From the human T2T-CHM13v2.0 reference genome, Homo sapiens: a stretch of 64,000 bases of DNA. The stretch is from the NCBI RefSeq assembly GCF_009914755.1, contig NC_060948.1. The stretch is one strand, 5' to 3'. Below are positions 1 to 14,160 of this stretch, in pieces. The notes under the pieces are model-generated. The model did no database searches and was not told where the DNA came from. It was given only the letters and a program-made list of their open reading frames with translations. The position numbers were made by a program, and so were the translations under genes. Numbering within the stretch: the stretch's first letter is position 1; each line of letters starts with the position of its first letter.

Positions 1-3000
1 GGACTAGAATGGAATGGATTCGAATGGAAGGCAAAGGAATGGAATCTATTGGAATGGACTGTAATGGAATGGAATGGAAGGGATTGGAATGGACTCGAAT
101 GGAATGGACTGCCATAGAAAGGATTCGAATGGAATGAAAAAGAATTGAATGGAATAGAACAGAATGGAATCAAATCGAATGAAATGGAATGGAATAGAAA
201 GGAATGGAATGAAATGGAATGGAAAGGATTCGAATGGAATGCAATCGAATGGAATGCAATCGAATGGAATGGAATCGAACGGAATGGAATAAAATGGAAG
301 AAAACTGGCAAGAAATGGAATCGAAATGAATGGAGTGTTATGGAACGGACTCAAAAGGAATTGAATGTAATAGAATGGAGTGGAGTGGACTCGAATATAA
401 TGGACTGGAATGGAATGAAATCACATGGAATGGGAACGAATGGAATGGAATGGAAAGGAATGGAATCGAATGGAAAGGAATCGAATGGAAGGGAATGAAA
501 TTGAATCAACAGGAATGGAAGGGAGTAGAATAGACGGTAATGGAATGGACTCGAATAGAATGGACACGAATGCTCAAATTGAATGGACTCGAATGGAATG
601 GAAACGAAAGGAATGTCATCGAATGGAATTGAATCGATTGGAATGAAATCACATAGAATGGAGTGGAATCAAATGGAATTGAATCGAAAGGAAAGGAAGC
701 GAATGGACTGAAATGAAATGGAATGGAATTAAATGGAAATTAATGCAATGGAATAGAATGGAACGAAATTTCACGGAATGGAATCAAACTAAATGGAATC
801 AAATCAATGGAATATAATCAAATGGAATGGAAAGGAATTGAATGGAGTAGATTGGATTGGATGGGATTGGAATGAAATGTACTGGAAAGGACTCGAATTT
901 CATGAAACGGAATGGAATGAATTAGAACGGAATGGACTCGAATGGAATGGAATGTCATGGAATGGCATCAAATGGAATGGAATCGAATGCGATGGAATGC
1001 TATGGAATGGAATGGAATGCATTGGAATGGAATGTCCTCTAATGGAATGTATTCGAGTGGAATGGAATCGAATATAATGGAGTCTAATGAAAGGGAATTG
1101 AAAGGAATGGGACCGAATACAACGGAATATACTGGAATGTAATGTAATGAACTCGAATGTAATTGACTGGAATGGAATGTACATGAATGGAATGTAATCG
1201 AATGGAAAGCAATCCAATGGAATAGAATCTAATGCAATAAAATCGACTCAAATAGAGTAGAATGTAATGGAATGGAGTGCAGTGCAATGGAATGGAATGG
1301 AATGGAATGCAATGGAATGGAATGGAATGGAATGGAATGGGATGGAATGGTATGGAATGGATAGTAATGGACTGGAGTGAAATGGACTGGAAAAGAATGG
1401 ACTCAAATTGAAAGGTCTCGAAAGGAATGGAGTCAAATGGAATGGTCTGGAATGGAATGAACACGAATGTAATGCAATCCAATAGAATGGAATCGAATGG
1501 CATGGAATATAAAGAAATGGAATCGAAGAGAATGGAAACAAATGGAATGGAATTGAATGGAATGGAATTGAATGGAATGGGAACGAATGGAGTGAAATTG
1601 TATGCACTAGAAGAGAATAGAATGGAATGCAAGCGAAAGGAAAGGAATGGATTGGAATGGAATGGAATTCATTGGAATGGAAGGGAATGTAGTGTAATGG
1701 ACAGGGCTGGAATAAAGTGGAATGCTACGGTCTCGAATGGAATAAAAATGTATGGAATGGAATGCAATGAAACGGAATCGAATGTCATAGAATGTAATGG
1801 AATGCAAAAAAATGGACTCCAAAATCATTGACTGGAAAGGCTGGGTGTCGAAAGGAATTGACTCCAATGGAATGGAATCGAATGGAATGGAAGTGAATAG
1901 AATGGAACTAAATCGAATGGAATGGAATTGATAGGAACGGAATGGAAAGGAATGCAATGATTTGGCATGGAATGGAATCGAATGGCATCGAATGGAATGG
2001 AATGGAATGCAATGGAATGGAATGTATTAGAATGTAATGAACTTTAATGGAATATACTCGAATGGATTCGACTGGAATGGAATGTTCTTGAAGTGAATGG
2101 ACTCCAATGGAATGGATTCGAAAGGAATGGAATCTAATGGAATGGAATTAAATGGAAATGAATCAAATTGAATAGAACGGAATTGAATTGAATGGAATCG
2201 AATGCAATGGAATCTAATGAAACGGAAAGGAATGGAATGGAATGGATTGGAATGGAATGGGCTGGAATGGAATGGAATCGAAACGAATGGAATGGAATCG
2301 AACTGAAGAGACTGGAATGGAATGCACTGGAATGGAAGGGAATGTAATGGAAGGTTCTCGAAAAAAATGGAATCGAAAGGAATGGAATTGAATGGAACGG
2401 AATAGAGTCGAATGGAATTCAATGGAATGGAATGGACTAGAGTGAAATGGAATCGAACCACAAGGAATGGACAGGAATAGAATGGTCTCGAATTGAATGG
2501 AATCGTATGGAATGGCATCAAACGGAATGGAATGGACAGCCACGGAATGGAATGCACTCGAATGCAATGGAGTCGACACTAATGGACTGGAATAGAATGG
2601 ACTCGACTGGTACGGACTCCAATGGAATGGAATCGAATGGAAGGGAATCGAACGGAATGGACTCGAAGGGAAAAGACTGCAATGGAAAGGTCTCGAATGG
2701 AATGGAAATTAATGGAATGGAATGGAATCGAATGAAATGGAGTCAAAAGGAATGGAATCGAATGGCAAGAAATTGAATGTAATGGAATCGCAAGGAATTG
2801 ATGTGAACGGAACGGAATGGAATGGAATCGAAAGGGATGGAATGGAATCGAATGGAAAGGACTCGAATGGAAATCACTCGAATAGAATGCAATTTAATAA
2901 AATAGGATCAAATGTAATGGAATGGAATGGAAAGGAATCGAAACGAAAGGAATGGAGACAGATGGAATGGAATGGAACAGAGAGCAATGGTATAGAATGG

Positions 3001-3524
3001 AATGGAATCATCTGGAATGGAATTGAATGGAATGGAATAAGATGAAATGGAATGGAATGGAATGGAATGCCCTTGAATTAAATGGACTGGAATGGAATGG
3101 ACTCGAACAGAGTGGAATGGAAAGTGTTGAAATAGAATGGAATGGACTCCTTTGGAATGGTCTAGTATGCAATGCAATCGACTGGCAGAGAATCAAGAGG
3201 AATGTAATCGAATGGAAAGGACTGGAATGCAATGGAATCGAATAGATTGGAAACGGAAAGCAAAGGAATGGAATGGAATAGTATGGAATGGAATGGAAAG
3301 GAATGGAGTGGAATAGACTAGAGTGGAATGGAATGGACTCGAAAGCAATGGACTGGAATGGAACTTTCTTGAATGGACTGGAATCAAACGGAATGGAATG
3401 CAATGCAATCAAATGGCATGGAATAAAATAGAATGAAAGAGAATCAAACGGAATTGAATCGAATGGAATCGAATGGATTGGAAAGGAATAGAATGGAATG
3501 GAATGGAATTGACTCAAATGGAAT
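1..3524 (+). repeat. DYZ1 unit U1 (3524 bp; boundary set arbitrarily at GGACTAGAATGGAATGGATTCGAATGGAAGGC)
   Basis: Landmark at 1 and 3525; lacks the HaeIII site (ACAGGGCTGG at 1701); shares private variants with U2. Confidence 0.9.
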
Positions 3525-6500
3525 GGACTAGAATGGAATGGATTCGAATGGAAGGCAAAGGAATGGAATCTATTGGAATGGACTGTAATGGAATGGAATG
3601 TAAGGGATTGGAATGGACTCAAATGGAATGGACTGCAATAGAAAGGATTCGAATGGAATGAAAAAGAATTGAATGGAATAAAACAGAATGGAATCAAATC
3701 GAATGAAATGGAATGGAATAGAAAGGAATGGAAAGGATTCGAATGGAATGCAATCGAATGGAATGCAATCGAATGGAATGGAATCGAACGGAATGGAATA
3801 AAATGGAAGAAAACTGGCAAGAAATGGAATCGAAATGAATGGAGTGTTATGGAACGGACTCAAAAGGAATTGAATGTAATAGAATGGAGTGGAGTGGACT
3901 CGAATATAATGGACTGGAATGGAATGAAATCACATGGAATGGGAACGAATGGAATGGAATGGAAAGGAATGGAATCGAATGGAAAGGAATCGAATGGAAG
4001 GGAATGAAATTGAATCAACAGGAATGGAAGGGAGTAGAATAGACGGTAATGGAATGGACTCGAATAGAATGGACACGAATGCTCAAATTGAATGGACTCG
4101 AATGGAATGGAAACGAAAGGAATGTCATCGAATGGAATTGAATCGATTGGAATGAAATCACATAGAATGGAGTGGAATCAAATGGAATTGAATCGAAAGG
4201 AAAGGAAGCGAATGGACTGAAATGAAATGGAATGGAATTGAATGGAAATTAATGCAATGGAATAGAATGGAACGAAATTTCACGGAATGGAATCAAACTG
4301 AATGGAATCAAATCAATGGAATATAATCAAATGGAATGGAAAGGAATTGAATGGAGTAGATTGGATTGGATGGGATTGGAATGAAATGCACTGGAAAGGA
4401 CTCGAATTTCATGAAACGGAATGGAATGAATTGGAACGGAATGGACTCGAATGGAATGGAATGTCACGGAATGGCATCAAATGGAATGGCATCAAATGGA
4501 ATGGAATAGAATGCAATGGAATGCTATGGAATGGAATGGAATGCATTGGAATGGAATGTCCTCTAATGGAATGCATTCGAGTGGAATGGAATCGAATATA
4601 ATGGAGTCGAATGAAATGGAATTGAAAGGAATGGGATCGAATACCATGTAATATACTGGAATGTAATGTAATGAACTCGAATGTAATTGACTGGAATGGA
4701 ATGTACATGAATGGAATGTAATCGAATGGAAAGTAATCCAATGGAATAGAATCTAATGCAATAAAATCGACTCAAATAGAATAGAATGTAATGGAATGGA
4801 GTGCATTGCTATGGAATGGAATGGAATGGAATGCAATGGAATGGAATGGAATGGAATGGAATGGAATGGAATGGGATGGAATGGTATGGAATGGATAGTA
4901 ATGGACTGGAGTGAAATGGACTGGAAAAGAATGGACTCAAATTGAAAGGGCTCGAAAGGAATGGAGTCAAATGGAATGGTCTGGAATGGAATGAATACGA
5001 ATGTAATGCAATCCAATAGAATGGAATCGAAAGTTATGGAATATAAAGAATTGGAATCGAAGAGAATGGAAACAAATGGAATGGAATTGAATGGAATGGA
5101 ATTGAATGGAATGGGAACGAATGGAGTGAAATTGTATGCAGTAGAAGAGAATAGAATGGAATGCAAGCGAAAGGAAAGGAATGGATTGGAATGGAATGGA
5201 ATTCATTGGAATGGAAGGGAATGTAGTGTAATGGACAGGCCTGGAATAAAGTGGAATGCTACGGTCTCGAATGGAATAAAAATGTATGGAATAGAATGCA
5301 ATGAAACGGAATCGAATGTCATAGAATGTAATGGAATGCAAAAAAATGGAATCCAAAATCATTGACTGGAAAGGCTGGGTGTCGAAAGGAATTGCCTCCA
5401 ATGGAATGGAATCGAATGGAATGGAAGTGAATAGAATGGAACTAAATCGAATGGAATGGAATTGATAGGAACGGAATGGAAAGGAATGCAATGATTTGGC
5501 ATGGAATGGAATCGAATGGCATCGAATGGAATGGAATGGAATGCAATTGAATGGAATGTATTAGAATGTAATGAACTTTAATGTAATGTACTCGAATGGA
5601 TTCGACTGGAATGGAATGTTCTCGAAGTGAATGGACTCCAATGGAATGGATTCGAAAGGAATGGAATCTAATGGAATGGAATTAAATGGAAATGAATCAA
5701 ATTGAATAGAACGGAATTGAATGGAATGGAATCGAATGCAATGGAATCTAATGAAACGGAAAGGAAAGGAATGGAATGGATTGGAATGGAATGTGCTGGA
5801 ATTGAATGGAATCGAAACGAATGGAATGGAGTCGAACTGAAGAGACTGAAATGGAATGCACTGGAATGGAAGGGAGTGTAATGGAAGGTTCTCGAAAAAA
5901 ATGGAATCGAAAGGAATGGAATTGAATGGAACGGAATAGAGTCGAATGGAATTCAATGGAATGGAATGGACTAGAGTGAAATGGAATCGAACCACAAGGA
6001 ATGGACAGGAACAGAATGGTCTCGAATTGAATGGAATCGTATGGAATGGCATCAAACGGAATGGAATGGACAGCAACGGAATGGAATGCACTCGAATGCA
6101 ATGGAGTCGACACTAATGGACTGGAATAGAATGGACTCGACTGGTACGGACTCCATTGAAATGGAATTGAATGGAAGGGAATGGAACGGAATGGACTCGA
6201 AGGGAAAAGACTGCAATGGAAAGGTCTCGAATGGAATGGAAATTAATGGAATGGAATGGAATCGAATGAAATGGAGTCAAAAGGAATGGAATCGAATGGC
6301 AAGAAATCGAATGTAATGGAATCGCAAGGAATTGATGTGAACGGAACGGAATCGAATGGAATCCAAAGGAATGGAATAGAATGGAATGGAATCGAATGGA
6401 AAGGACTCGAATGGAAATCACTCGAATAGAATGCAATTTAATAAAATAGGATCAAATGTAATGGAATGGAATGGAAAGGAATCGAAACGAAAGGAATGGA

Positions 6501-7068
6501 GACAGATGGAATGGAATGGAACAGAGAGCAATGGTATAGAATGGAATGGAATCATCTGGAATGGAATTGAATGGAATGGAATAATATGAAATGGAATGGA
6601 ATGGAATGGAATGCCCTTGAATTAAATGGACTGGAATGGAATGGACTCAAACAGAGTGGAATGGAAAGTGTTGAAATAGAATGGAATGGACTCGTTTGGA
6701 ATGGTCTAGTATGCAATGCAATCGACTGGCAGGGAATCAAGAGGAATGTAATCGAATGGATTGGACTGGAATGCAATGGACTCGAATAGATTGGAAACGG
6801 AATTCAAAGGAATGGAATGGAATAGTATGGAATGGAATGGAAAGGAATGGAGTGGAATAGACTAGAGTGGAATGGAATGGACTCGAAAGCAATGGACTGG
6901 AATGGAACTTTCTTGAATGGACTGGAATCAAACGGAATGGAATGCAATGCAATCAAATGGCATGGAATAAAATAGAATGAAAGAGAATCAAATGGAATTG
7001 AATCGAATGGAATCGAATGGATTGGAAAGGAATAGAATGGAATGGAATGGAATTGACTCAAATGGAAT
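3525..7068 (+). repeat. DYZ1 unit U2 (3544 bp)
   Basis: Landmark recurrence; GGCC at 5238; U1-like variants (GGGAGTAG, GTCGACAC, extra GAATTC). Confidence 0.9.
5102..5255 (+). other. Diagnostic DYZ1 segment containing EcoRI (GAATTC) and HaeIII/StuI (AGGCCT) sites; example shown for U2, repeated once per unit
   Basis: Seen: TTGAATGGAATGGGAACGAATGG ... GGACAGGCCTGGAATAAAGTGGA spanning 154 bp. As recalled, these ends match the classic Y1.1/Y1.2 DYZ1 sex-typing PCR primer sites; not verified by search. Confidence 0.75.
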
Positions 7069-10000
7069 GGACTAGAATGGAATGGATTCGAATGGAAGGC
7101 AAAGGAATGGAATCTATTGGAATGGACTGTAATGGAATGGAATGGAAGGGATTGGAATGGACTCGAATGGAATGGACTGCAATAGAAAGGATTCGAATGG
7201 AATGAAAAAGAATTGAATGGAATAGAACAGAATGGAATCAAATCGAATGAAATGGAATGGAATAGAAAGGAATGGAATGAAATGGAATGGAAAGGATTCG
7301 AATGGAATGCAATCGAATGGAATGGAATCGAACGGAATGGAATAAAATGGAAGAAAACTGGCAAGAAATGGAATCGAAATGAATGGAGTGTTATGGAACG
7401 GACTCAAAAGGAATTGAATGTAATAGAATGGAGTGGAGTGGACTCGAATATAATGGACTGGAATGGAATGAAATCACATGGAATGGGAACGAATGGAATG
7501 GAATGGAAAGGAATAGAATCGAATGGAAAGGAATCGAATGGAAGGGAATGAAATTGAATCAACAGGAATGGAAGGGAATAGAATAGACGGTAATGGAATG
7601 GACTCGAATAGAATGGACACGAATGCTCAAATTGAATGGACTCGAATGGAATGGAAACGAAAGGAATGTCATCGAATGGAATTGAATCGATTGGAATGAA
7701 ATCGCATAGAATGGAGTGGAATCAAATGGAATTGAATCAAAAGGAAAGGAAGCCAATGGACTGAAATGAAATGGAATGGAAAGTAATGCAATGGAATAGA
7801 ATGGAACGAAATTTCACGGAATGGAATGAAACTGAATGGAATCAAATCAATGGAATCTAATCAAGTGGAATGGAAAGGAATTGAATGGAGTAGATTGGAT
7901 TGGATGGGATTGGAATGAAATGTACTGGAAAGGACTCGAATTTCATGAAACGGAATGGAATGAATTGGAACGGAATGGACTCGAATGGAATGGAATGTCA
8001 TGGAATGGCATCAAATGGAATGGCATCAAATGGAATGGAATCGAATGCAATTGAATGCTATGGAATGGAATGGAATGCATTGGAATGGAATGTTCTCTAA
8101 TGGAATGGATTCGAGTGGAATGGAATCGAATATAATGGAGTCGAATGAAATGGAATTGAAAGGAATGAGATCGAATACAATGGAATATACTGGAATGTAA
8201 TGTAATGAACTTGAATGTAATTGACTGGAATGGAATGTACATGAATGGAATGTAATCGAATGGAAAGTAATCCAATGGAATAGAATCTAATGCAATAAAA
8301 TCGACTCAGATAGAGTAGAATGTAATGGAATGGAGTGCAGTGCAATGGAATGGAATGGAATGGAATGCAATGGAATGGAATGGAATGGAATGGAATGGAA
8401 TGGAATGGAATGGAATGGAATGGTGTGGAATGGATACTAATGGACTGGAGTGAAATGGACTGGAAATGAATGGACTCAAATTGAAAGGGCTCGAAAGGAA
8501 TGGAGTCAAATGGAATGGTCTGGAATGGAATGAACACGAATGTAATGCAATCCAATAGAATGGAATCGAATGGCATGGAATATAAAGAAATGGAATCGAA
8601 GAGAATGGAAATAAATGGAATGGAATTGAATGGAATGGAATTGAATGGAATGGGAACGAATGGAGTGAAATTGTATGCAGTAGAAGAGAATAGAATGGAA
8701 TGCAAGCCAAAGGAAAGGAATGGATTGGAATGGAATGGAATTCATTGGAATGGAAGGGAATGTAGTGTAATGGACAGGCCTGGAATAAAGTGGAATGCTA
8801 CGGTCTCGAATGGAATAAAAATGTATGGAATGGAATGCAATGAAACGGAATCGAATGTCATAGAATGTAATGGAATGCAAAAAAATGGAATCCAAAATCA
8901 TTGACTGGAAAGGCTGGATGTCGAAAGGAATTGACTCCAATGGAATGGAATCGAATGGAATGGAAGTGAATAGAATCGAACTAAATCGAATGGAATGGAA
9001 TTGATAGGAACGGAATGGAAAGGAATGCAATGATTTGGCATGGAATGGAAACGAATGGTATCTAATGGAATGGAATGGAATGTAATGGAATGGAATGTAT
9101 TAGAATGTAATGAACTTTAATGGAATGTACTCGAATGGATTCGACTGGAATGGAATGTTCTGGAAGTGAATGGACTCCAATGGAATGGATTGAAACGGAA
9201 TGGAATCGTACGGAATGGAATCTAATGGAATGGAATTAAATGGAAATGAATCAAATTGAATAGAACGGAATTGAATTGAATGGAATGGAATGCAATGGAA
9301 TCTAATGAAACGGAAAGGAAAGGAATGGAATGGAATGGAATGGGCTGGAATGGAAAGGAATCGAAACGAATGGAATGGAATCGAACTGAAGGGACTGGAA
9401 TGGAATGCACTGGAATGGAAGGGAGTGTAATGGAAGGTTCTCGAAAAAAATGGAATCGAATGGAATGGAATTGAATGGAACGGAATAGAGTCGAATGGAA
9501 TTGAATGGAATGGAATGGACTAGAGTGAAATGGAATCGAACCACAAGGAATGGACAGGAATAGAATGGTCTCGAATTGAATGGAATCGTATGGAATGGCA
9601 TCAAACGGAATGGAATGGACAGCCACGGAATGGAATGCACTCGAATGCAATGGAGTCGAAACTAATGGATGGAATAGAATGGACTTGACTGGTACGGACT
9701 CCAATGGAATGGAATCGAATGGAAGGGAATCGAACGGAATGGACTCGAAGGGAAAAGACTGCAATGGAAAGGTCTCCAATGGAATGGAAATTAATGGAAT
9801 GGAATGGAATCGAATGAAATGGAGTCAAAAGGAATGGAATCGAATGGCAAGAAATCGAATGTAATGGAATCGCAAGGAATTGATGTGAACTGAACGGAAT
9901 GGAATGGAATCCAAAGGAATGGAATAGAATGGAATGGAATCGAATGGAAAGGACTCGAATGGAAATCACTCGAATAGAATGCAATTTAATAAAATAGGAT

Positions 10001-10621
10001 TAAATGTAATGGAATGGAATGGAAAGGAATCGAAACGAAAGGAATGGAGACAGATGGAATGGAATGGAACAGAGAGCAATGGTATAGAATGGAATGGAAT
10101 CATCTGGAATGGAATTGAATGGAATGGAATAATATGAAATGGAATGGAATGGAATGGAATGGAATGCCCTTGAATTAAATGGACTGGAATGGAATGGACT
10201 CGAACAGAGTGGAATGGAAAGTGTTGAGATAGAATGGAATGGACTCCTTCGGAATGGTGTAGTATGCAATGCAATCGACTGGCAGGGAATCAAAAGGAAT
10301 GTAATGGAATGGATTGGACTGGAATGCAATGGACTCGAATAGATTGGAAACGGAATGCAAAGGAATGGAATGGAATAGTATGGAATGGAATGGAAAGGAA
10401 TGGAGTGGAATAGACTAGAGTGGAATGGAATGGACTGGAAAGCAATGGACTGGAATGGAACTTTCTTGAATGGACTGGAATCAAACGGAATGGAATGCAA
10501 TGCAATCAAATGGCATAGAATAAGATAGAATGAAAGAGAATCAAATGGAATTGAATGGAATGGAATCAAATGGATTGGAAAGGAATAGAATGGAATGGAA
10601 TGGAATTGACTCAAATGGAAT
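7069..10621 (+). repeat. DYZ1 unit U3 (3553 bp)
   Basis: Landmark recurrence; GGCC at 8777; private 1-bp deletion near 9669. Confidence 0.9.
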
Positions 10622-13600
10622 GGACTAGAATGGAATGGATTCGAATGGAAGGCAAAGGAATGGAATCTATTGGAATGTACTGTAATGGAATGCAATGGAA
10701 GGGATTGGAATGGACTCGAATGGAATGGACTGCAATAGAAAGGATTCGAATGGAATGAAAAAGAATTGAATGGAATAGAACAGAATGGAATCAAATCGAA
10801 TGAAATGGAATGGAATAGAAAGGAATGGAATGAAATGGAATGGAAAGGATTCGAATGGAATGCAAACGAATGGAATGGAATCGAACGGAATGGAATAAAA
10901 TGGAAGAAAACTGGCAAGAAATGGAATCGAAATGAATGGAGTGTTATGGAAGGGACTCAAAAGGAATTGAATGTAATAGAATGGAGTGGAGTGGACTCGA
11001 ATATAATGGACTGGAATGGAATGAAATCACATGGAATGGGAACGAATGGAATGGAATGGAAAGGAATGGAATCGAATGGAAAGGAATCGATTGGAAGGGA
11101 ATGAAATTGAACCAACAGGAATGGAAGGGATTAGAATAGACCGTAATGGAATGGACTCGAATAGAATGGACACGAATGCTCAAATTGAATGGACTCGAAT
11201 GGAATGGAAACGAAAGGAATGTCATCGAATGGAATTGAATCGATTGGAATGAAATCGCATAGAATGGAGTGGAATCAAATGGAATTGAATCGAAAGGAAA
11301 GGAAGCGAATGGACTGAAATGAAATGGAATGGAATTGAATGGAAAGTAATGCAATGGAATAGAATGGAACGAAATTTCACGGAATGGAATCAAACTGAAT
11401 GGAATCAAATCAATGGAATCAAATCAAATGGAATGGAAAGGAATTGAATGGAGTAGATTGGATTGGATGGGATTGGAATGAAATGTACTGGAAAGGACTC
11501 GAATTTCATGAAACGGAATGGAATGAATTGGAACGGAATGGACTCGAATGGAATGGAATGTCATGGAATGGCATCAAATGGAATGGCATCAAATGGAATG
11601 GAATCGAATGCAATGGAATGCTATGGAATGGAATGGAATGCATTGGAATGGAATGTCCTCTAATGGAATGGATTCGAGTGGAATGGAATCGAATATAATG
11701 GAGTCGAATGAAATGGAATTGAAAAGAATGGGATCGAATACAATGGAATATACTGGAATGTAATGTAATGAACACGAATGTAATTGTCTGGAATGGAATG
11801 TATATGAATGGAATGTAATCGAATGGAAAGTAATCCAATGGAATAGAATCTAATGCAATAAAATCGACTCAGATAGAGTAGAATGTAATGGAATGGAGTG
11901 CAGTGCAATGGAATGGAATGGAATGGAATGCAATGGAATGGAATGGAATGGAATGGAATGGGATGGAATGGTATGGAATGGATAGTAATGGACTGGAGTG
12001 AAATGGACTGGAAAGGAATGGACTCAAATTGAAAGGGCTCGAAAGGAATGGAGACAAACGGAATGGTCTGGAATGGAATGAACACGAATGTAATGCAATC
12101 CAATAGAATGGAGTCGAATGGCATGGAATATAAAGAAATGGAATCGAAGAGAATAGAAACAAATGGAATGGAATTGAATGGAATGGAATTGAATGGAATG
12201 GGAACGAATGGAGTGAAATTGTATGCACTAGAAGAGAATAGAATGGAATGCAAGTGAAAGGAAAGGAATGGATTGGAATGGAAAGGAATTCATTGGAATG
12301 GAAGGGAATGTAGTGTAATGGACAGGCCTGGAATAAAGTGGAATGCTACGGTCTCGAGTGGAATAAAAATGTATGGATTGGAATGCAATGAAACGGAATC
12401 GAATGTCATAGAATGTAATGGAATGCAAAAAAATGGAATCCAAAATCATTGACTGGAAAGGCTGGGTGTCGAAAGGAATTGACTCCAATGGAATGGAATC
12501 GAATGGAATGGAAGTGAATAGAATCGAACTAAATCGAATGGAATGGAATTGATAGGAACGGAATGGAAAGGAATGCAATGATTTGGCATGGAATGGAATC
12601 GAATGGCATCGAATGGAATGGAATGGAATGCAATGGAATGGAATGTATTAGAATGTAATGAACTTTAATGGAATGTACTCGAAAGGATTTGACTGGAATG
12701 GAATGTTCTGGAAGTGAATGGACTCCAATGGAATGGATTCGAAAGGAATGGAATCGTACGGAATGGAATCTAATGGAATGGAATTAAATGGAAATGAATC
12801 AAATTGAATAGCACGGAATTGAATTGAATGGAATGGAATGCAATGGAATCTAATGAAACGGAAAGGAAAGGAATGCAATGGAATGGAATGGGCTGGAATG
12901 GAAAGGAATCGAAACGAATGGAATGGAATCGAACTGAAGAGACTGGAATGGAATGCACTGGAATGGAAGGGAGTGTAATGGAATGTTCTCGAAAAAAATG
13001 GAATCGAATGGAATGGAATTGAGTGGAACGGAATAGAGTCGAATGGAATTGAATGGAATGGAATGGACTAGAGTGAAATGGAATCGAACCACAAGGAATG
13101 GACAGGAATAGAATGGTCTCGAATTGAATGGAATCGTATGGAATGGCATCAAACGGAATGGAATGGACAGCCACGGAATGGAATGCACTCGAATGCAATG
13201 GAGTCGAAACTAATGGACTGGAATAGAATGGACTCGACTGGTACGGACTCCAATGGAATGGAATCGAATGGAAGGGAATCGAACGGAATGGACTCGAAGG
13301 GAAAAGACTGCAATGGAACGGTCTCGAATGGAATGGAAATTAATGGAATGGAATGGAATCGAATGAAATGGAGTCAAAAGGAATGGAATCGAATGGCAAG
13401 AAATCGAATGTAATGGAATCGCAAGGAATTGATGTGAACGGAACGGAATGGAATGGAATCCAAAGGAATGGAATAGAATGGAATGGAATCGAATGGAAAG
13501 GACTCGAATGGAAATCACTCGAATAGAATGCAATTTAATAAAATAGGATCAAATGTAATGGAATGGAATGGAAAGGAATCGAAACGAAAGGAATGGAGAC

Positions 13601-14160
13601 AGATGGAATGGAATGGAACAGATAGCAATGGTATACAATGGAATGGAATCATCTGGAATGGAATTGAATGGAATGGAATAATATGAAATGGAATGGAATG
13701 GAATGGAATGGAATGCCCTTGAATTAAATGGACTGGACTCGAACAGAGTGGAATGGAAAGTGTTGAGATAGAATGGAATGGACTCCTTTGGAATGGTGTA
13801 GTATGCAATGCAATCGACTGGCAGGGAATCAAAAGGAATGTAATGGAATTGATTGGACTGGAATGCAATGGACTCGAATAGATTGGAAACGGAATGCAAA
13901 GGAATGGAATGGAATAGTATGGAATGGAATGGAAAGGAATGGAGTGGAATAGACTAGAGTGGAATGGAATGGACTGGAAAGCAATGGACTGGAATGAAAC
14001 TTTCTTGAATGGACTGGAATCAAACGGAATGGAATGCAATGCAATCAAATTTCATGGAATAAGATAGAATGAAAGAGAATCAAATGGAATTGAATCGAAT
14101 GGAATCGAATGGATTGGAAAGGAAGAGAATGGAATGGAATGGAATTGACTCAAATGGAAT
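10622..14160 (+). repeat. DYZ1 unit U4 (3539 bp)
   Basis: Landmark recurrence; GGCC at 12325; 10-bp deletion near 13735. Confidence 0.9.

Noticed and set aside
1838-1850. G-rich island GGCTGGGTGTCG as a G-quadruplex or recombination motif
   Set aside because: It has too few GGG runs for a canonical G4 and is best treated as a unit landmark.
1141-2050. AATGTAATGAACT repeated at 1141 and 2031 (offset 890, about a quarter unit), hinting at an ancestral ~890-bp sub-repeat
   Set aside because: No convincing counterparts at the other two expected positions, and such matches are easy to obtain by chance in degenerate pentamers. Self-alignment of pentamer-variant strings would be needed.
2890-2905. 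AATAAA hexamers (several per unit) as polyadenylation signals for DYZ1 non-coding transcripts
   Set aside because: AATAAA arises from two substitutions in AATGGA and there is no clear downstream GU/U-rich element. Yq12 transcripts have been reported, but no promoter or transcript ends can be defined from this sequence.
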